Part shown: piece after piece, positions 1 through 19,707 of the stretch
Layout of the letters: each line of letters begins with the position of its first letter
Numbering within the stretch: the stretch's first letter is position 1
Translations under genes and position numbers: made by a program
Notes under the pieces: generated by a model
The model's input: only the letters and a program-made list of their open reading frames with translations
Databases searched by the model: none
Told to the model about the DNA's origin: nothing
Assembly: GCF_009914755.1 (NCBI RefSeq)
Contig: NC_060948.1
Strand: one strand, 5' to 3'
Length of the DNA: 64,000 nucleotides
Source of the DNA: the human T2T-CHM13v2.0 reference genome, Homo sapiens

Positions 1-36
1 TGAGGTTATATGTTACATATAAGGCATAGCACATAA

Positions 37-177
<141 letters not shown>

Positions 178-180
178 TAG

Positions 181-210
181 CTGGGACTACACCACACTGG
201 GACTACACCA
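181..210 (+). repeat. 14-bp direct repeat inside the Alu (CTGGGACTACACCA x2, 16-bp period), fixed in all units
   Basis: 181-194 and 197-210 are identical and separated by CA. Confidence 0.9.
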
Positions 211-280
211 GCTGCCACCATGCCTAGCTAATTTTTTGGATTTTTAGTAGTGACAGCGTTTCACTGTATTGGCCAGGATG

Positions 281-350
281 GTCTTGATCTCTTCACCTTG
301 TGATCCCCTTGCCTTGGCCTCCAAATTTGCTGGGATTACAGGCCTGAGCC
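281..350 (-). promoter_or_regulatory. Degenerate Alu internal Pol III promoter (A box ~341-350, B box ~281-289)
   Basis: The minus strand reads GGCTCAGGCC (consensus GGCTCACGCC) and GATCAAGAC (AluSc/Y GATCGAGAC). Function is not shown. Confidence 0.35.
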
Positions 351-351
351 A

Positions 352-925
352 AGATCCATATTTTTTAAATGAAAAAAAATTTCAAAGGTACTCTGCTTGG
401 TACAATAATCAAATGTATAAACTGAGGAATAAAACATAACCATGAAACCTACTTATAACTGCATATGGAAAATACAGAGGATAATTTTTTAAATAACATA
501 TTTTGAAAGCCTTAACTAGTAATTTAAAGAGTTGGCATTTGAAAGGCCAGTATGAATATACCTTCAAAGCAGCAACACAGGTTCCCCATGAGAAAAAGCA
601 AACACAGGGAAAATAAAAACACAAAGGTTCAATCTCTTCTGACCTTTGAAAGACACAGCACAGACAGTGGTCCTTAGGACGAAGAGCAGGAGACCCCTAA
701 TTCCGTCACCATGGCGATAGGGCATAAACATTGCTGGGTGAGGGCACAATCCACATTGTGAGGTCCAACTGCTGCCAGGAAGACAGGAGTGCTTTTACAT
801 AGACCGAAAGGTCATTGAAGGCTCAGAGTTTTGTTTCAAGAACTGAATCCCAAGCCCACACGTTATTAGGCTGCGCTTCTTAAAACAAGTTATGAGATGG
901 GAAAAAGGGCACCCACAAACATACG
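352..925. repeat. HSATI-type core segment of unit 1 (same offsets in all 27 units)
   Basis: ~570 bp of moderate-GC, non-Alu complex sequence between the Alu 5' end and the AT-rich tract. Named HSATI from its position in the known DYZ2 unit. Boundaries are approximate. Confidence 0.7.
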
Positions 926-2771
<1,846 letters not shown>

Positions 2772-4899
2772 AGATCCATATTTTTTAAATGAAAAAAAAT
2801 TTCAAAGGTACTCTGCTTGGTACAATAATCAAATGTATAAACTGAGGAATAAAACATAACCATGAAACCTACTTATAACTGCATATGGAAAATACAGAGG
2901 ATAATTTTTTAAATAACATATTTTGAAAGCCTTAACTAGTAATTTGAAGAGTTGGCATTTGAAAGGCCAGTATGAATATACCTTCAAAGCAGCAACACAG
3001 GTTCCCCATGAGAAAAAGCAAACACAGGGAAAATAAAAACACAAAGGTTCAATCTCTTCTGACCTTTGAAAGACACAGCACAGACAGTGGTCCTTAGGAC
3101 GAAGAGCAGGAGACCCCTAATTCCGTCACCATGGCGATAGGGCATAAACATTGCTGGGTGAGGGCACAATCCACATTGTGAGGTCCAACTGCTGCCAGGA
3201 AGACAGGAGTGCTTTTACATAGACCGAAAGGTCATTGAAGGCTCAGAGTTTTGTTTCAAGAACTGAATCCCAAGCCCACACGTTATTAGGCTGCGCTTCT
3301 TAAAACAACTTATGAGATGGGAAAAAGGGCACCCACAAACATACGTATACATTATGTATATAATAATATACAGTATCATATATATAATATATATAACCTA
3401 TGTATAATATTGTTTTACATCCTGCATCTTATGTTATATATATTGTATAAAATATAATAATTGATAATATATAAGTTTTATAATTATACAATATGACATA
3501 TAGTATATATTATAATTTATGACATATATAATATATGTTATATATCATATATAGAATATATTATACGGTTAATATACGTATTAAATATAAATTATACATT
3601 ATATATATTATATATAATATATCTGTTATATATAATACCCATTATGCATAATATATATATTATGTCTATGTTATATATAGTATAAAACAACATATAATAA
3701 TATATAATTGTATATATAAAATGCGACATATAATATATATTATATTTTATAACATATGTAATATATATTATATATTATATATAATACGTTGTATGTATAA
3801 TACCTATATAAAATATATATTATATGACTATGTTATTAATTACATGTCACATGTGTTATATATTATATATTTTACATAGAATATACCGGTTACATACAAT
3901 ATATACTATGTTACCTATAATGTATAATTTATTACATGTAAAATAAAGAATGCAATATATTATGTATAATTTATAATATACCATATGTGGAATGTGATAT
4001 ATATAACATATAATATATGATATATGATGTACAGTATATGATATATAACATACAATATATGATTCCTAATATATATGGTATACAATATATATTTTATGAT
4101 ATGTATTCTATATGTTTTATATTCTGTTATATATAACTATTTGAAATTATATATAACTGTATAATATTTTATGTAAATATGTAATATAATATATATAACT
4201 ATATAATATATTATATATAACTATATATTATGTTATATATACTTTTATAACATAATTTACATAAAATATCATAATATAATATATATTATATTATTTCATA
4301 TTACATAATATATATTACATATCACCCAATAAAACTAACATACATAATATTATAATATACATTATATTATGTTATATTAAATATCATATATATCATGTAT
4401 CATATATTCTATAATATATATTACACATTATATAATATGCATGTTGTCTATTATGTGATATATATAACTATATATATAATTATATTTTTATACATATAAC
4501 TAGATAAACATGTAATTCTACATATTTTCATTTATAATATGTAGAATTATATAATCATATATAATTATTTATATTCTATAAAAAATTTTATCACTATATA
4601 AATTATAATATATAAAAATTATAATATGTACTACAAATATATATATTATATATCATATATGATATAGTACCTTTGTTATATATCATAATACATATAAATG
4701 TGTATTATGTTATCTATAATTATATAATTTCATATATAAGATGTATAATATGTATCATATATTATATATGTTATGTAATATATATAGTATATATAAGATG
4801 ACACAGGATAAATATTATATACTATGACATATAAAATATATGAGGTTATATGTTACATATAAGGCATAGCACATAACATGTAATATGTATCATATATAA

Positions 4900-5191
4900 T
4901 TTTTTTTAAGACAGAATCTTGTCCTGTTGCACAGGGTGGGGTACAATGGCGCCATCTTTGCTCACTGCAACTTCTGCCTCACGGGTCCAAGCGATTGTCT
5001 TCCCTCAGCCTCCCAGGTAGCTGGGACTACACCACACTGGGACTACACCAGCTGCCACCATGCCTAGCTAATTTTTTGGATTTTTAGTAGTGACAGCGTT
5101 TCACTGTATTGGCCAGGATGGTCTTGATCTCTTCACCTTGTGATCCCCTTGCCTTGGCCTCCAAATTTGCTGGGATTACAGGCCTGAGCCA
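4900..5191 (-). mobile_element. Alu copy, U3
   Basis: Near-identical to 60-351. Confidence 0.9.
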
Positions 5192-7296
5192 AGATCCATA
5201 TTTTTTAAATGAAAAAAAATTTCAAAGGTACTCTGCTTGGTACAATAATCAAATGTATAAACTGAGGAATAAAACATAACCATGAAACCTACTTATAACT
5301 GCATATGGAAAATACAGAGGATAATTTTTTAAATAACATATTTTGAAAGCCTTAACTAGTAATTTGAAGAGTTGGCATTTGAAAGGCCAGTATGAATATA
5401 CCTTCAAAGCAGCAACACAGGTTCCCCATGAGAAAAAGCAAACACAGGGAAAATACAAACACAAAGGTTCAATCTCTTCTGACCTTTGAAAGACACAGCA
5501 CAGACAGTGGTCCTTAGGACGAAGAGCAGGAGACCCCTAATTCCGTCACCATTGCGATACGGCATAAACATTGCTGGGTGAGGGCACAATCCACATTGTG
5601 AGGTCCAACTGCTGCCAGGAAGACAGGAGTGCTTTTACATAGACCGAAAGGTCATTGAAGGCTCAGAGTTTTGTTTCAAGAACTGAATCCCAAGCCCACA
5701 CGTTATTAGGCTGCGCTTCTTAAAACAAGTTATGAGATGGGAAAAAGGGCACCCACAAACATACGTATACATTATGTATATAATAATATACAGTATCATA
5801 TATATAATATATATAACCTATGTATAATATTGTTTTACATCCTGCATCTTATGTTATATATATTGTATAAAATATAATAATTGATAATATATAAGTTTTA
5901 TAATTATACAATATGACATATAGTATATATTATAATTTATGACATATATAATATATGTTATATATCATATATAGAATATATTATACGGTTAATATACGTA
6001 TTAAATATAAATTATACATTATATATATTATATATAATATATCTGTTATATATAATACCCATTATGCATAATATATATATTATGTCTATGTTATATATAG
6101 TATTAAACAACATATAATAATATATAATTGTATATATAAAATGCGACATATAATATATATTATATTTTATAACATATGTAATATATATTATATATTATAT
6201 ATAATACGTTGTATGTATAATACCTATATTAAATATATATTATATGACTATGTTATTAATTACATGTCACATGTGTTATATATTATATATTTTACATAGA
6301 ATATACCGGTTACATACAATATATACTATGTTACCTATAATGTATAATTTATTACATGTAAAATAAAGAATGCAATATATTATGTATAATTTATAATATA
6401 CCATATGTGGAATGTGATATATATAACATATAATATATGATATATGATGTACAGTATATGATATATAACATACAATATATGATTCCTAATATATATGGTA
6501 TACAATATATATTTTATGATATGTATTCTATATGTTTTATATTCTGTTATATATAACTATTTGAAATTATATATAACAGTATAATATTTTATGTAAATAT
6601 GTAATATAATATATATAACTATATAATATATTATATATAACTATATATTATGTTATATATACTTTTATAACATAATTTACATAAAATATCATAATATAAT
6701 ATATATTATATTATTTCATATTACATAATATATATTACATATCACCCAATATAACTAACATACAAAATATTATAATATACATTATATTATGTTATATTAA
6801 ATATCATATATATCATGTATCATATATTCTATAATATATATTACACATTATATAATATGTATGTTGTCTATTATGTGATATATATAACTATATATATAAT
6901 TATATTTTTATACATATAACTAGATAAACATGTAATTCTACATATTTTCATTTATAATATGTAGAATTATATAATCATATATAATTATTTATATTCTATA
7001 AAAAATTTTATCATTATATAAATTATAATATATAAAAATTATAATATGTACTACAAATATATATATTATATATCATATATGATATAGTACCTTTGTTATA
7101 TATCATAATACATATAAATGTGTATTATGTTATCTATAATTATATAATTTCGTATATAAGATGTATAATATGTATCATATATTATATATGTTATGTAATA
7201 TATATAGTATATATAAGATGACACAGGATAAATATTATATACTATGACATATAAAATATATGAGGTTATATGTTACATATAAGGCATAGCACATAA

Positions 7297-7611
<315 letters not shown>

Positions 7612-9737
7612 AGATCCATATTTTTTAAATGAAAAAAAATTTCAAAGGTACTCTGCTTGGTACAATAATCAAATGTATAAACTGAGGAATAAAACATAAC
7701 CATGAAACCTACTTATAACTGCATATGGAAAATACAGAGGATAATTTTTTAAATAACATATTTTGAAAGCCTTAACTAGTAATTTAAAGAGTTGGCATTT
7801 GAAAGGCCAGTATGAATATACCTTCAAAGCAGCAACACAGGTTCCCCATGAGAAAAAGCAAACACAGGGAAAATAAAAACACAAAGGTTCAATCTCTTCT
7901 GACCTTTGAAAGACACAGCACAGACAGTGGTCCTTAGGACGAAGAGCAGGAGACCCCTAATTCCGTCACCATGGCGATACGGCATAAACATTGCTGGGTG
8001 AGGGCACAATCCACATTGTGAGGTCCAACTGCTGCCAGGAAGACAGGAGTGCTTTTACATAGACCGAAAGGTCATTGAAGGCTCAGAGTTTTGTTTCAAG
8101 AACTGAATCCCAAGCCCACACGTTATTAGGCTGCGCTTCTTAAAACAAGTTATGAGATGGGAAAAAGGGCACCCACAAACATACGTATACATTATGTATA
8201 TAATAATATACAGTATCATATATATAATATATATAACCTATGTATAATATTGTTTTACATCCTGCATCTTATGTTATATATATTGTATAAAATATAATAA
8301 TTGATAATATATAAGTTTTATAATTATACAATATGACATATAGTATATATTATAATTTATGACATATATAATATATGTTATATATCATATATAGAATATA
8401 TTATACGGTTAATATACGTATTAAATATAAATTATACATTATATATATTATATATAATATATCTGTTATATATAATACCCATTATGCATAATATATATAT
8501 TATGTCTATGTTATATATAGTATAAAACAACATATAATAATATATAATTGTATATATAAAATGCGACATATAATATATATTATATTTTATAACATATGTA
8601 ATATATATCATATATTATATATAATACGTTGTATGTATAATACCTATATTAAATATATATTATATGACTATGTTATTAATTACATGTCACATGTGTTATA
8701 TATTGTATATTTTACATAGAATATACCGGTTACATACAATATATACTATGTTACCTATAATGTATAATTTATTACATGTAAAATAAAGAATGCAATATAT
8801 TATGTATAATTTATAATATACCATATGTGGAATGTGATATATATAACATATAATATATGATATATGATGTACAGTATATGATATATAACATACAATATAT
8901 GATTCCTAATATATATGGTATACAATATATATTTTATGATATGTATTCTATATGTTTTATATTCTGTTATATATAACTATTTGAAATTATATATAACTGT
9001 ATAATATTTTATGTAAATATGTAATATAATATATATAACTATATAATATATTATATATAACTATATATTATGTTATATATACTTTTATAACATAATTTAC
9101 ATAAAATATCATAATATAATATATATTATATTATTTCATATTACATAATATATATTACATATCACCCAATATAACTAACATACATAATATTATAATATAC
9201 ATTATATTATGTTATATTAAATATCATATATATCATGTATCATATATTCTATAATATATATTACACATTATATAATATGCATGTTGTCTATTATGTGATA
9301 TATATAACTATATATATAATTATATTTTTATACATATAACTAGATAAACATGTAATTCTACATATTTTCATTTATAATATGTAGAATTATATAATCATAT
9401 ATAATTATTTATATTCTATAAAAAATTTTATCATTATATAAATTATAATATATAAAAATTATAATATGTACTACAAATATATATATTATATATCATATGA
9501 TATAGTACCTTTGTTATATATCATAATACATATAAATGTGTATTATGTTATCTATAATTATATAATTTCATATATAAGATGTATAATATGTATCATATAT
9601 TATATATGTTATGTAATATATATAGTATATATAAGATGACACAGGATAAATATTATATACTATGACATATAAAATATATGAGGTTATATGTTACATATAA
9701 GGCATAGCACATAACATGTAATATGTATCATATATAA

Positions 9738-10029
9738 TTTTTTTTTAGACAGAATCTTGTCCTGTTGCACAGGGTGGGGTACAATGGCGCCATCTTTGCT
9801 CACTGCAACTTCTGCCTCACGGGTCCAAGCGATTGTCTTCTCTCAGCCTCCCAGGTAGCTGGGACTACACCACACTGGGACTACACCAGCTGCCACCATG
9901 CCTAGCTAATTTTTTGGATTTTTAGTAGTGACAGCGTTTCACTGTATTGGCCAGGATGGTCTTGATCTCTTCACCTTGTGATCCCCTTGCCTTGGCCTCC
10001 AAATTTGCTGGGATTACAGGCCTGAGCCA
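9738..10029 (-). mobile_element. Alu copy, U5
   Basis: Near-identical to 60-351. Confidence 0.9.
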
Positions 10030-12134
10030 AGATCCATATTTTTTAAATGAAAAAAAATTTCAAAGGTACTCTGCTTGGTACAATAATCAAATGTATAAAC
10101 TGAGGAATAAAACATAACCATGAAACCTACTTATAACTGCATATGGAAAATACAGAGGATAATTTTTTAAATAACATATTTTGAAAGCCTTAACTAGTAA
10201 TTTGAAGAGTTGGCATTTGAAAGGCCAGTATGAATATACCTTCAAAGCAGCAACACAGGTTCCCCATGAGAAAAAGCAAACACAGGGAAAATAAAAACAC
10301 AAAGGTTCAATCTCTTCTGACCTTTGAAAGACACAGCACAGACAGTGGTCCTTAGGACGAAGAGCAGGAGACCCCTAATTCCGTCACCATGGCGATACGG
10401 CATAAACATTGCTGGGTGAGGGCACAATCCACATTGTGAGGTCCAACTGCTGCCAGGAAGACAGGAGTGCTTTTACATAGACCGAAAGGTCATTGAAGGC
10501 TCAGAGTTTTGTTTCAAGAACTGAATCCCAAGCCCACACGTTATTAGGCTGCGCTTCTTAAAACAAGTTATGAGATGGGAAAAAGGGCACCCACAAACAT
10601 ACGTATACATTATGTATATAATAATATACAGTATCATATATATAATATATATAACCTATGTATAATATTGTTTTACATCCTGCATCTTATGTTATATATA
10701 TTGTATAAAATATAATAATTGATAATATATAAGTTTTATAAGTATACAATATGACATATAGTATATATTATAATTTATGACATATATAATATATGTTATA
10801 TATCATATATAGAATATATTATACGGTTAATATACGTATTAAATATAAATTATACATTATATATATTATATATAATATATCTGTTATATATAATACCCAT
10901 TATGCATAATATATATATTATGTCTATGTTATATATAGTATAAAACAACATATAATAATATACAATTGTATATATAAAATGCGACATATAATATATATTA
11001 TATTTTATAACATATGTAATATATATTATATATTATATATAATACGTTGTATGTATAATACCTATATTAAATATATATTATATGACTATGTTATTAATTA
11101 CATGTCACATGTGTTATATATTATATATTTTACATAGAATATACCGGTTACATACAATATATACTATGTTACCTATAATGTATAATTTATTACATGTAAA
11201 ATAAAGAATGCAATATATTATGTATAATTTATAATATACCATATGTGGAATGTGATATATATAACATATAATATATGATATATGATGTACAGTATATGAT
11301 ATATAACATACAATATATGATTCCTAATATATATGGTATACAATATATATTTTATGATATGTATTCTATATGTTTTATATTCTGTTATATATAACTATTT
11401 GAAATTATATATAACTGTATAATATTTTATGTAAATATGTAATATAATATATATAACTATATAATATATTATATATAACTATATATTATGTTATATATAC
11501 TTTTATAACATAATTTACATAAAATATCATAATATAATATATATTATATTATTTCATATTACATAATATATATTAGATATCACCCAATATAACTAACATA
11601 CATAATATTATAATATACATTATATTATGTTATATTAAATATCATATATATCATGTATCATATATTCTATAATATATATTACACATTATATAATATGTAT
11701 GTTGTCTATTATGTGATATATATAACTATATATATAATTATATTTTTATACATATAACTAGATAAACATGTAATTCTACATATTTTCATTTATAATATGT
11801 AGAATTATATAATCATATATAATTATTTATATTCTATAAAAAATTTTATCATTATATAAATTATAATATATAAAATTTATAATATGTACTACAAATATAT
11901 ATATTATATATCATATATGATATAGTACCTTTGTTATATATCATAATACATATAAATGTGTATTATGTTATCTATAATTATATAATTTCATATATAAGAT
12001 GTATAATATGTATCATACATTATATATGTTATGTAATATATATAGTATATATAAGATGACACAGGATAAATATTATATACTATGACATATAAAATATATG
12101 AGGTTATATGTTACATATAAGGCATAGCACATAA

Positions 12135-12449
<315 letters not shown>

Positions 12450-14577
12450 AGATCCATATTTTTTAAATGAAAAAAAATTTCAAAGGTACTCTGCTTGGTA
12501 CAATAATCAAATGTATAAACTGAGGAATAAAACATAACCATGAAACCTACTTATAACTGCATATGGAAAATACAGAGGATAATTTTTTAAATAACATATT
12601 TTGAAAGCCTTAACTAGTAATTTGAAGAGTTGGCATTTGAAAGGCCAGTATGAATATACCTTCAAAGCAGCAACACAGGTTCCCCATGAGAAAAAGCAAA
12701 CACAGGGAAAATAAAAACACAAAGGTTCAATCTCTTCTGACCTTTGAAAGACACAGCACAGACAGTGGTCCTTAGGACGAAGAGCAGGAGACCCCTAATT
12801 CCGTCACCATGGCGATAGGGCATAAACATTGCTGGGTGAGGGCACAATCCACATTGTGAGGTCCAACTGCTGCCAGGAAGACAGGAGTGCTTTTACATAG
12901 ACCGAAAGGTCATTGAAGGCTCAGAGTTTTGTTTCAAGAACTGAATCCCAAGCCCACACGTTATTAGGCTGCGCTTCTTAAAACAACTTATGAGATGGGA
13001 AAAAGGGCACCCACAAACATACGTATACATTATGTATATAATAATATACAGTATCATATATATAATATATATAACCTATGTATAATATTGTTTTACATCC
13101 TGCATCTTATGTTATATATATTGTATAAAATATAATAATTGATAATATATAAGTTTTATAATTATACAATATGACATATAGTATATATTATAATTTATGA
13201 CATATATAATATATGTTATATATCATATATAGAATATATTATACGGTTAATATACGTATTAAATATAAATTATACATTATATATATTATATATAATATAT
13301 CTGTTATATATAATACCCATTATGCATAATATATATATTATGTCTATGTTATATATAGTATAAAACAACATATAATAATATATAATTGTATATATAAAAT
13401 GCGACATATAATATATATTATATTTTATAACATATGTAATATATATTATATATTATATATAATACGTTGTATGTATAATACCTATATAAAATATATATTA
13501 TATGACTATGTTATTAATTACATGTCACATGTGTTATATATTATATATTTTACATAGAATATACCGGTTACATACAATATATACTATGTTACCTATAATG
13601 TATAATTTATTACATGTAAAATAAAGAATGCAATATATTATGTATAATTTATAATATACCATATGTGGAATGTGATATATATAACATATAATATATGATA
13701 TATGATGTACAGTATATGATATATAACATACAATATATGATTCCTAATATATATGGTATACAATATATATTTTATGATATGTATTCTATATGTTTTATAT
13801 TCTGTTATATATAACTATTTGAAATTATATATAACTGTATAATATTTTATGTAAATATGTAATATAATATATATAACTATATAATATATTATATATAACT
13901 ATATATTATGTTATATATACTTTTATAACATAATTTACATAAAATATCATAATATAATATATATTATATTATTTCATATTACATAATATATATTACATAT
14001 CACCCAATAAAACTAACATACATAATATTATAATATACATTATATTATGTTATATTAAATATCATATATATCATGTATCATATATTCTATAATATATATT
14101 ACACATTATATAATATGCATGTTGTCTATTATGTGATATATATAACTATATATATAATTATATTTTTATACATATAACTAGATAAACATGTAATTCTACA
14201 TATTTTCATTTATAATATGTAGAATTATATAATCATATATAATTATTTATATTCTATAAAAAATTTTATCATTATATAAATTATAATATATAAAAATTAT
14301 AATATGTACTACAAATATATATATTATATATCATATATGATATAGTACCTTTGTTATATATCATAATACATATAAATGTGTATTATGTTATCTATAATTA
14401 TATAATTTCATATATAAGATGTATAATATGTATCATATATTATATATGTTATGTAATATATATAGTATATATAAGATGACACAGGATAAATATTATATAC
14501 TATGACATATAAAATATATGAGGTTATATGTTACATATAAGGCATAGCACATAACATGTAATATGTATCATATATAA

Positions 14578-14869
14578 TTTTTTTTAAGACAGAATCTTGT
14601 CCTGTTGCACAGGGTGGGGTACAATGGCGCCATCTTTGCTCACGGCAACTTCTGCCTCACGGGTCCAAGCGATTGTCTTCCCTCAGCCTCCCAGGTAGCT
14701 GGGACTACACCACACTGGGACTACACCAGCTGCCACCATGCCTAGCTAATTTTTTGGATTTTTAGTAGTGACAGCGTTTCACTGTATTGGCCAGGATGGT
14801 CTTGATCTCTTCACCTTGTGATCCCCTTGCCTTGGCCTCCAAATTTGCTGGGATTACAGGCCTGAGCCA
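14578..14869 (-). mobile_element. Alu copy, U7
   Basis: Near-identical to 60-351. Confidence 0.9.
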
Positions 14870-16974
14870 AGATCCATATTTTTTAAATGAAAAAAAATTT
14901 CAAAGGTACTCTGCTTGGTACAATAATCAAATGTATAAACTGAGGAATAAAACATAACCATGAAACCTACTTATAACTGCATATGGAAAATACAGAGGAT
15001 AATTTTTTAAATAACATATTTTGAAAGCCTTAACTAGTAATTTGAAGAGTTGGCATTTGAAAGGCCAGTATGAATATACCTTCAAAGCAGCAACACAGGT
15101 TCCCCATGAGAAAAAGCAAACACAGGGAAAATACAAACACAAAGGTTCAATCTCTTCTGACCTTTGAAAGACACAGCACAGACAGTGGTCCTTAGGACGA
15201 AGAGCAGGAGACCCCTAATTCCGTCACCATGGCGATAGGGCATAAACATTGCTGGGTGAGGGCACAATCCACATTGTGAGGTCCAACTGCTGCCAGGAAG
15301 ACAGGAGTGCTTTTACATAAACCGAAAGGTCATTGAAGGCTCAGAGTTTTGTTTCAAGAACTGAATCCCAAGCCCACACGTTATTAGGCTGCGCTTCTTA
15401 AAACAAGTTATGAGATGGGAAAAAGGGCACCCACAAACATACGTATACATTATGTATATAATAATATACAGTATCATATATATAATATATATAACCTATG
15501 TATAATATTGTTTTACATCCTGCATCTTATGTTATATATATTGTATAAAATATAATAATTGATAATATATAAGTTTTATAATTATACAATATGACATATA
15601 GTATATATTATAATTTATGACATATATAATATATGTTATATATCATATATAGAATATATTATACGGTTAATATACGTATTAAATATAAATTATACATTAT
15701 ATATATTATATATAATATATCTGTTATATATAATACCCATTATGCATAATATATATATTATGTCTATGTTATATATAGTATTAAACAACATATAATAATA
15801 TATAATTGTATATATAAAATGCGACATATAATATATATTATATTTTATAACATATGTAATATATATTATATATTATATATAATACGTTGTATGTATAATA
15901 CCTATATTAAATATATATTATATGACTATGTTATTAATTACATGTCACATGTGTTATATATTATATATTTTACATAGAATATACCGGTTACATACAATAT
16001 ATACTATGTTACCTATAATGTATAATTTATTACATGTAAAATAAAGAATGCAATATATTATGTATAATTTATAATATACCATATGTGGAATGTGATATAT
16101 ATAACATATAATATATGATATATGATGTACAGTATATGATATATAACATACAATATATGATTCCTAATATATATGGTATACAATATATATTTTATGATAT
16201 GTATTCTATATGTTTTATATTCTGTTATATATAACTATTTGAAATTATATATAACAGTATAATATTTTATGTAAATATGTAATATAATATATATAACTAT
16301 ATAATATATTATATATAACTATATATTATGTTATATATACTTTTATAACATAATTTACATAAAATATCATAATATAATATATATTATATTATTTCATATT
16401 ACATAATATATATTACATATCACCCAATATAACTAACATACAAAATATTATAATATACATTATATTATGTTATATTAAATATCATATATATCATGTATCA
16501 TATATTCTATAATATATATTACACATTATATAATATGTATGTTGTCTATTATGTGATATATATAACTATATATATAATTATATTTTTATACATATAACTA
16601 GATAAACATGTAATTCTACATATTTTCATTTATAATATGTAGAATTATATAATCATATATAATTATTTATATTCTATAAAAAATTTTATCATTATATAAA
16701 TTATAATATATAAAAATTATAATATGTACTACAAATATATATATTATATATCATATATGATATAGTACCTTTGTTATATATCATAATACATATAAATGTG
16801 TATTATGTTATCTATAATTATATAATTTCGTATATAAGATGTATAATATGTATCATATATTATAGATGTTATGTAATATATATAGTATATATAAGATGAC
16901 ACAGGATAAATATTATATACTATGACATATAAAATATATGAGGTTATATGTTACATATAAGGCATAGCACATAA

Positions 16975-17289
<315 letters not shown>

Positions 17290-19415
17290 AGATCCATATT
17301 TTTTAAATGAAAAAAAATTTCAAAGGTACTCTGCTTGGTACAATAATCAAATGTATAAACTGAGGAATAAAACATAACCATGAAACCTACTTATAACTGC
17401 ATATGGAAAATACAGAGGATAATTTTTTAAATAACATATTTTGAAAGCCTTAACTAGTAATTTAAAGAGTTGGCATTTGAAAGGCCAGTATGAATATACC
17501 TTCAAAGCAGCAACACAGGTTCCCCATGAGAAAAAGCAAACACAGGGAAAATAAAAACACAAAGGTTCAATCTCTTCTGACCTTTGAAAGACACAGCACA
17601 GACAGTGGTCCTTAGGACGAAGAGCAGGAGACCCCTAATTCCGTCACCATGGCGATACGGCATAAACATTGCTGGGTGAGGGCACAATCCACATTGTGAG
17701 GTCCAACTGCTGCCAGGAAGACAGGAGTGCTTTTACATAGACCGAAAGGTCATTGAAGGCTCAGAGTTTTGTTTCAAGAACTGAATCCCAAGCCCACACG
17801 TTATTAGGCTGCGCTTCTTAAAACAAGTTATGAGATGGGAAAAAGGGCACCCACAAACATACGTATACATTATGTATATAATAATATACTGTATCATATA
17901 TATAATATATATAACCTATGTATAATATTGTTTTACATCCTGCATCTTATGTTATATATATTGTATAAAATATAATAATTGATAATATATAAGTTTTATA
18001 ATTATACAATATGACATATAGTATATATTATAATTTATGACATATATAATATATGTTATATATCATATATAGAATATATTATACGGTTAATATACGTATT
18101 AAATATAAATTATACATTATATATATTATATATAATATATCTGTTATATATAATACCCATTATGCATAATATATATATTATGTCTATGTTATATATAGTA
18201 TAAAACAACATATAATAATATATAATTGTATATATAAAATGCGACATATAATATATATTATATTTTATAACATATGTAATATATATTATATATTATATAT
18301 AATACGTTGTATGTATAATACCTATATTAAATATATATTATATGACTATGTTATTAATTACATGTCACATGTGTTATATATTGTATATTTTACATAGAAT
18401 ATACCGGTTACATACAATATATACTATGTTACCTATAATGTATAATTTATTACATGTAAAATAAAGAATGCAATATATTATGTATAATTTATAATATACC
18501 ATATGTGGAATGTGATATATATAACATATAATATATGATATATGATGTACAGTATATGATATATAACATACAATATATGATTCCTAATATATATGGTATA
18601 CAATATATATTTTATGATATGTATTCTATATGTTTTATATTCTGTTATATATAACTATTTGAAATTATATATAACTGTATAATATTTTATGTAAATATGT
18701 AATATAATATATATAACTATATAATATATTATATATAACTATATATTATGTTATATATACTTTTATAACATAATTTACATAAAATATCATAATATAATAT
18801 ATATTATATTATTTCATATTACATAATATATATTACATATCACCCAATATAACTAACATACATAATATTATAATATACATTATATTATGTTATATTAAAT
18901 ATCATATATATCATGTATCATATATTCTATAATATATATTACACATTATATAATATGCATGTTGTCTATTATGTGATATATATAACTATATATATAATTA
19001 TATTTTTATACATATAACTAGATAAACATGTAATTCTACATATTTTCATTTATAATATGTAGAATTATATAATCATATATAATTATTTATATTCTATAAA
19101 AAATTTTATCATTATATAAATTATAATATATAAAAATTATAATATGTACTACAAATATATATATTATATATCATATGATATAGTACCTTTGTTATATATC
19201 ATAATACATATAAATGTGTATTATGTTATCTATAATTATATAATTTCATATATAAGATGTATAATATGTATCATATATTATATATGTTATGTAATATATA
19301 TAGTATATATAAGATGACACAGGATAAATATTATATACTATGACATATAAAATATATGAGGTTATATGTTACATATAAGGCATAGCACATAACATGTAAT
19401 ATGTATCATATATAA

Positions 19416-19707
19416 TTTTTTTTTAGACAGAATCTTGTCCTGTTGCACAGGGTGGGGTACAATGGCGCCATCTTTGCTCACTGCAACTTCTGCCTCACGG
19501 GTCCAAGCGATTGTCTTCTCTCAGCCTCCCAGGTAGCTGGGACTACACCACACTGGGACTACACCAGCTGCCACCATGCCTAGCTAATTTTTTGGATTTT
19601 TAGTAGTGACAGCGTTTCACTGTATTGGCCAGGATGGTCTTGATCTCTTCACCTTGTGATCCCCTTGCCTTGGCCTCCAAATTTGCTGGGATTACAGGCC
19701 TGAGCCA
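19416..19707 (-). mobile_element. Alu copy, U9
   Basis: Near-identical to 60-351. Confidence 0.9.

Noticed and set aside
428-617. AATAAA motifs and numerous TATA-like boxes
   Set aside because: Expected by chance at this A/T content, with no associated gene structure.
409-624. 71-aa minus-strand ORF repeated in every unit
   Set aside because: It starts at TTG, has the F/Y/L/C-rich composition expected from antisense A-rich DNA and has no recognisable domain. Conservation just reflects unit identity.
564-749. 61-aa minus-strand ORF repeated in every unit
   Set aside because: It has a TTG start, overlaps the other ORF and shows no recognisable homology. Unit variants change residues with no sign of constraint.
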